DNA of 64,000 nt, from NCBI GenBank assembly GCA_963777505.1, contig CAVZQN010000003.1:320001-384000 (forward strand), given 5' to 3'. The position numbers and the translations under genes are program-made. This document shows positions 60,591-64,000 of the stretch, piece by piece. Under the pieces are notes generated by a model that saw only the letters and a program-made list of their open reading frames with translations, searched no databases and had not been told where the DNA came from. This DNA is from an uncultured bacterium. Its GTDB lineage: Bacteria; Acidobacteriota; HRBIN11; JAKEFK01. Position 1 is the stretch's first letter, and every line of letters begins with the position of its first letter.

Positions 60591-61925
60591 ATGTTATTTC
60601 GAAGTACCACAGGTAAAACGGAGCCGGTTTCATTTCGGGAAGCGATGATGAGCGGTCTTGCTCCTGATGGCGGGTTGTATTTGCCTCAGTCAATTCCCAG
60701 GTTGGCAGAGAACAAGATAGACGCTCTGCAGAGTTTAACCTTTCAGGAACTTAGTTTTGAGATAGCATCCCTCTGGCTTCAACATGAGGTTTCAATCCAA
60801 TCACTTCATAAAATTATTGACACAGCATTCTCATTTGATGTTCCGCTTGTACACGTAAAAGACGGTATATATTCGCTTGAATTATTTCATGGTCCAACTC
60901 TGGCATTTAAAGATTTTGGCGCGCGGTTTATGGCCCAGCTCATGGGCCATTTCAGCAGCGCGTCTGCGCGTGAACGAACGATCCTGGTCGCAACTTCGGG
61001 CGATACAGGAAGCGCAGTTGCGAACGGCTTTCATAAAGTTGAAGGAACCAGAGTGATTCTGCTTTTTCCAGCAGGAAAAATCAGCGAGATTCAGCGCAAA
61101 CAAATGACAACTCTGGGCGAAAATATCACCGCCCTTGCTATTGAAGGATCGTTCGACGATTGTCAAAAACTTGTAAAACAGGCATTTTCGGACGCTTCGA
61201 TCCGGCAAGTTGTGAACCTAACTTCCGCGAATTCAATCAATATTGCTAGGCTATTACCGCAATCGTTTTACTACTTTTATGGTGTAGGACAATTGGGCGA
61301 TTCAGAACTTCCAGTTGTCGCTGTGCCTTCTGGAAATTTTGGAAACTTAACCGCAGGTTTGCTTGCAAAACGGATGGGATTGCCCGTGGCTCGTTTCATT
61401 GCAGCGACAAATCGCAATGATGTCATTCCAGAATATTTGAATACTGGAATTTTTAAGGCTCGTTCATCTGTGCAAACCATTTCCAATGCGATGGACGTCG
61501 GGAATCCGAGCAATTTTGAGAGAATGCTGACATTGTATGAGGATCACACCTCTATGCAGCAAGATATTTTTGGCGCGAGTTTTGACGATAATCAAACACG
61601 AAATAGTATTCGTGAAGTCTACAGGGATACTCATTACGTGATGGATCCTCATGGTGCCGTAGCTTTTTTGGGCATTCAGCAATATCAGAAAGACCATCCG
61701 GACTCAAAGAGCGATCCAGCCATTTTTCTTGAGACCGCACATCCTGCAAAATTTCCAGAAGTCGTTGAAGCTGAAATCGGTAGAAGTTTAGAAGTGCCTC
61801 CCAATCTGGCATCGTGTCTGAGTCTCAAAGAAAGCTGGATTTCCATGAGTTCAGATTTCCAGGAATTTAAGTCGTTTTTGTTAAGCAATACTGGCGGGTC
61901 TAAGACCCACCCTACTACACTTTGA
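60591..61925 (+). CDS. thrC: Threonine synthase
   Basis: GLAPDGGLY, ELFHGPTLAFKDFG, ATSGDTG, SANSIN, VPSGNFGN and TAHPAKF motifs. Confidence 0.96.
   Translation: MLFRSTTGKTEPVSFREAMMSGLAPDGGLYLPQSIPRLAENKIDALQSLTFQELSFEIASLWLQHEVSIQSLHKIIDTAFSFDVPLVHVKDGIYSLELFHGPTLAFKDFGARFMAQLMGHFSSASARERTILVATSGDTGSAVANGFHKVEGTRVILLFPAGKISEIQRKQMTTLGENITALAIEGSFDDCQKLVKQAFSDASIRQVVNLTSANSINIARLLPQSFYYFYGVGQLGDSELPVVAVPSGNFGNLTAGLLAKRMGLPVARFIAATNRNDVIPEYLNTGIFKARSSVQTISNAMDVGNPSNFERMLTLYEDHTSMQQDIFGASFDDNQTRNSIREVYRDTHYVMDPHGAVAFLGIQQYQKDHPDSKSDPAIFLETAHPAKFPEVVEAEIGRSLEVPPNLASCLSLKESWISMSSDFQEFKSFLLSNTGGSKTHPTTL
61893..61915 (-). repeat. Single GTAG-family REP inside the thrC 3' end
   Basis: Minus strand GTAGGGTGGGTCTTAGACCCGCC. 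Confidence 0.65.
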
Positions 61926-61940
61926 TAGAATAAGGAGCTT

Positions 61941-62489
61941 ATGAAGGAACTGATCGAAGAGCTGCTTCGCAGGTTAGGAGAAGATCCGAATCGGGAGGGG
62001 TTGGCGCGTACGCCAGAACGCGTAGAGAAGGCACTCAAATTCTTTACGAAAGGTTATCAAGATGACCCTGCCGAAATTCTGAATAACGCCCTTTTTGTAG
62101 AAGATTATGATGAGATGGTCATCGTGAAGGACATTGATCTATTTAGCCTTTGCGAACATCATCTGCTTCCATTTTTTGGAAGATGTCATGTTGCATATAT
62201 ACCGCGCAATAAAATTATCGGTCTGAGCAAGATTGTGCGGATTGTGGAAGTCTACAGCCGGCGATTGCAAGTTCAGGAACGTCTAACATCGCAAATTGCC
62301 GAATTTATATCCAAGTCCTTGAACCCGTATGGAGTAGGAGTTGTGATTGAAGCTCAACATCTTTGTATGATGATGAGAGGTGTTGAAAAACAAAATTCTC
62401 TTGCAATTACATCTTCGATGTTAGGTTCATTTCGAACCGATGTTGAAACGCGCATGGAGTTCATGGAATTAATCAAAGGAAAACGATAA
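61941..62489 (+). CDS. folE: GTP cyclohydrolase I
   Basis: [33 protein letters not shown] and HLCMMMRGV motifs. Confidence 0.97.
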   Translation: MKELIEELLRRLGEDPNREGLARTPERVEKALKFFTKGYQDDPAEILNNALFVEDYDEMVIVKDIDLFSLCEHHLLPFFGRCHVAYIPRNKIIGLSKIVRIVEVYSRRLQVQERLTSQIAEFISKSLNPYGVGVVIEAQHLCMMMRGVEKQNSLAITSSMLGSFRTDVETRMEFMELIKGKR

Positions 62490-62538
62490 GGGAGCGCGGA
62501 CGTCTCGTCCGCATAAGGGAACGCAGGCGTCTGCCTGC
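62490..62538 (+). repeat. Two tandem palindromic REP-like units
   Basis: GGGAGCGCGGACGTCTCGTCCGC and GGGAACGCAGGCGTCTGCCTGC. Confidence 0.65.
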
Positions 62539-62565
62539 TATAAAATGAATTGATGGTGGGGTGGG

Positions 62566-62919
62566 ATGGATTTTCCGGGACCTGATGATCTGAGTGAGAA
62601 CCAGGACGGCATCGAGCGCAGCGATGACGATCTGTATGAGCCTTATTCTAAGCTGATCCCCATTTATTATCAGGGAAAAGAATATATGGTCCCTGAAAAC
62701 AATACTCTTCTTCGAGTGCTGCAATATTTGAATCCTGAAGTTGCATACGGAAATTATTGTTGGAATGGGGACTGCCGCAACTGCATGATCACAATCAGAC
62801 GAAGTGATGATAGTCAGGAAGTAACAGCCGTAGGGTGCCTTACGAAAGCTGTTCCTGGTTTGCAGATTGTTCGTTTACCTCTTGGAGTTAAGATCAGCAA
62901 AGCTCCGAGATTGTATTAG
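62566..62919 (+). CDS. Small 2Fe-2S-binding protein
   Basis: CWNGDCRNC plus a distal GC cysteine pattern in a ferredoxin-like fold. Confidence 0.75.
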   Translation: MDFPGPDDLSENQDGIERSDDDLYEPYSKLIPIYYQGKEYMVPENNTLLRVLQYLNPEVAYGNYCWNGDCRNCMITIRRSDDSQEVTAVGCLTKAVPGLQIVRLPLGVKISKAPRLY

Positions 62920-62933
62920 CGAATCAAATACAA

Positions 62934-63440
62934 TCAATGCTGATGTTCGTCGTATTCTTTCTCTAGTCTTTCCTCAATTTCTTCAATATCCAGTGGCTTC
63001 ATCATTTCAGCAATTTCAGGATCTTCTTTGGCGTCTTTCTTTAGAGTTCGATAAATTGCAGAACACATCTGCATAATCTTTGTAATTTCTTCTTCAGACA
63101 CCATGTTAATTTGAAGATCAATTTCTTGACGTAAGTCCGCAATTTTTGCTTGCCTGTTTTGGCTGATCAAAACAAAAATGGCAAGGAAGATTGCTTCTAA
63201 GGATACGGCTGTCGTTAACAGCGGAAATGGGAAAGGATCAAAGGGCTTTATTCCGGGAAAAAATCCAACATTAATAATGATCCACGAGAAAAACCAAAGC
63301 ACGTTCGCAATCAGAAAGCCGATACTGCCGCTAATTGCGGTCACACGATCGGCGACTTTTTCAGACGCTGTCATCCGTTGATTGTGCTTCGCTTGAAAAC
63401 TATGAAACCTCTTGAGTCTCTGAGTATAACGAGAAGCCAT
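62934..63440 (-). CDS. DUF1003 membrane protein
   Basis: FDPFPFPLL..VSLEAIFL..LISQNRQ motif; SD AGGAGG before MASRY. Confidence 0.88.
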   Translation of the reverse strand: MASRYTQRLKRFHSFQAKHNQRMTASEKVADRVTAISGSIGFLIANVLWFFSWIIINVGFFPGIKPFDPFPFPLLTTAVSLEAIFLAIFVLISQNRQAKIADLRQEIDLQINMVSEEEITKIMQMCSAIYRTLKKDAKEDPEIAEMMKPLDIEEIEERLEKEYDEHQH

Positions 63441-63539
63441 AACCTTATTCCTCCTAAGTCGTGTCATTAAAAGATATACCGTTAATTCGAAAATTGAATT
63501 CCCCTCTATTTCGAATAGTTTCTAGTCAGGAGAACTCAG

Positions 63540-64000
63540 ATGAATGTAAATGACTTACTCATGACAGTTGTGCGCAGTATTGGTCTCTACGTAATAATGC
63601 TGGTGGTAATTCGTTTACTCGGTAAAAAGACCATTGGTAACTTCACAGCCTTTGATCTTCTTGTTGCATTGATGCTTGGCGAAGTGGTTGACGAAGTGAT
63701 CTATGGAGATGTGAGTTTCATTGAAGGTACTGTGGCAATCATTGTTATCGCGGTGGCTAAATACTTCACTACATACCTTTCTTTCGCATCACCAAGACTC
63801 GCTAAAATTCTGGAAGGCACACCTACAATCCTGGTCAAAGAAGGTCAGCTCAATGAAAAAGTGATGAAAAGTGAATTAATGAGTAAAGGAGAGGTCCATG
63901 CTGCGCTCAGGTTGAGGGAGATTGAAGACATGAGGGAAGTGAAACTCGCAACACTCGAAGTGGACGGAGAAATCAGCGTTATTAAAGAAGATTGGGCTGA
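63540..64000 (+). CDS. DUF421/YetF-family membrane protein (runs off the window end)
   Basis: Read from sequence: MNVNDLL..RLLGKKTIGNFTAFDLL..LEGTPTILVKEG..ATLEVDGEISVI; SD AGGAG. Confidence 0.88.
   Translation, partial: MNVNDLLMTVVRSIGLYVIMLVVIRLLGKKTIGNFTAFDLLVALMLGEVVDEVIYGDVSFIEGTVAIIVIAVAKYFTTYLSFASPRLAKILEGTPTILVKEGQLNEKVMKSELMSKGEVHAALRLREIEDMREVKLATLEVDGEISVIKEDWA

Overview
Gene-dense bacterial chromosomal window. The gene repertoire (Oar-like TonB receptor, sulfatase-TPR, ECF/anti-sigma/HEAT triad, sigma-54 activators) is most reminiscent of Acidobacteriota, which is an inference. Bases 1-16.6 kb hold the end of a Wzy-dependent surface-polysaccharide locus: GT4s, a polymerase/ligase-like membrane protein, a CapK-like ligase, a CapD/PglF dehydratase apparently fused to TPR and HD-GYP domains, a WecB-WecC fusion, a beta-helix protein, an outer-membrane beta-barrel and an OPX exporter. 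The rest mixes housekeeping genes (UvrD/PcrA, hisS, aspS, MoxR, cyclophilin, thrC, folE) with many signalling modules. These include a 1600-aa pseudokinase-STAND-TPR-GAF-sigma54 activator, a Ser/Thr kinase with a CesT/YbjN-like tail beside a stand-alone CesT/YbjN-like protein and an FHA-ABC transporter, an ECF operon with visible candidate target promoters, and a lipoprotein-SBP-histidine kinase-GT-C operon upstream of a sigma-54-type TonB receptor. Several REP-like repeat families are present. About five apparent frameshifts, mostly at homopolymers, suggest sequencing indels, so the fusions need verification. No rRNA, tRNA, CRISPR array, transposase or prophage was seen.
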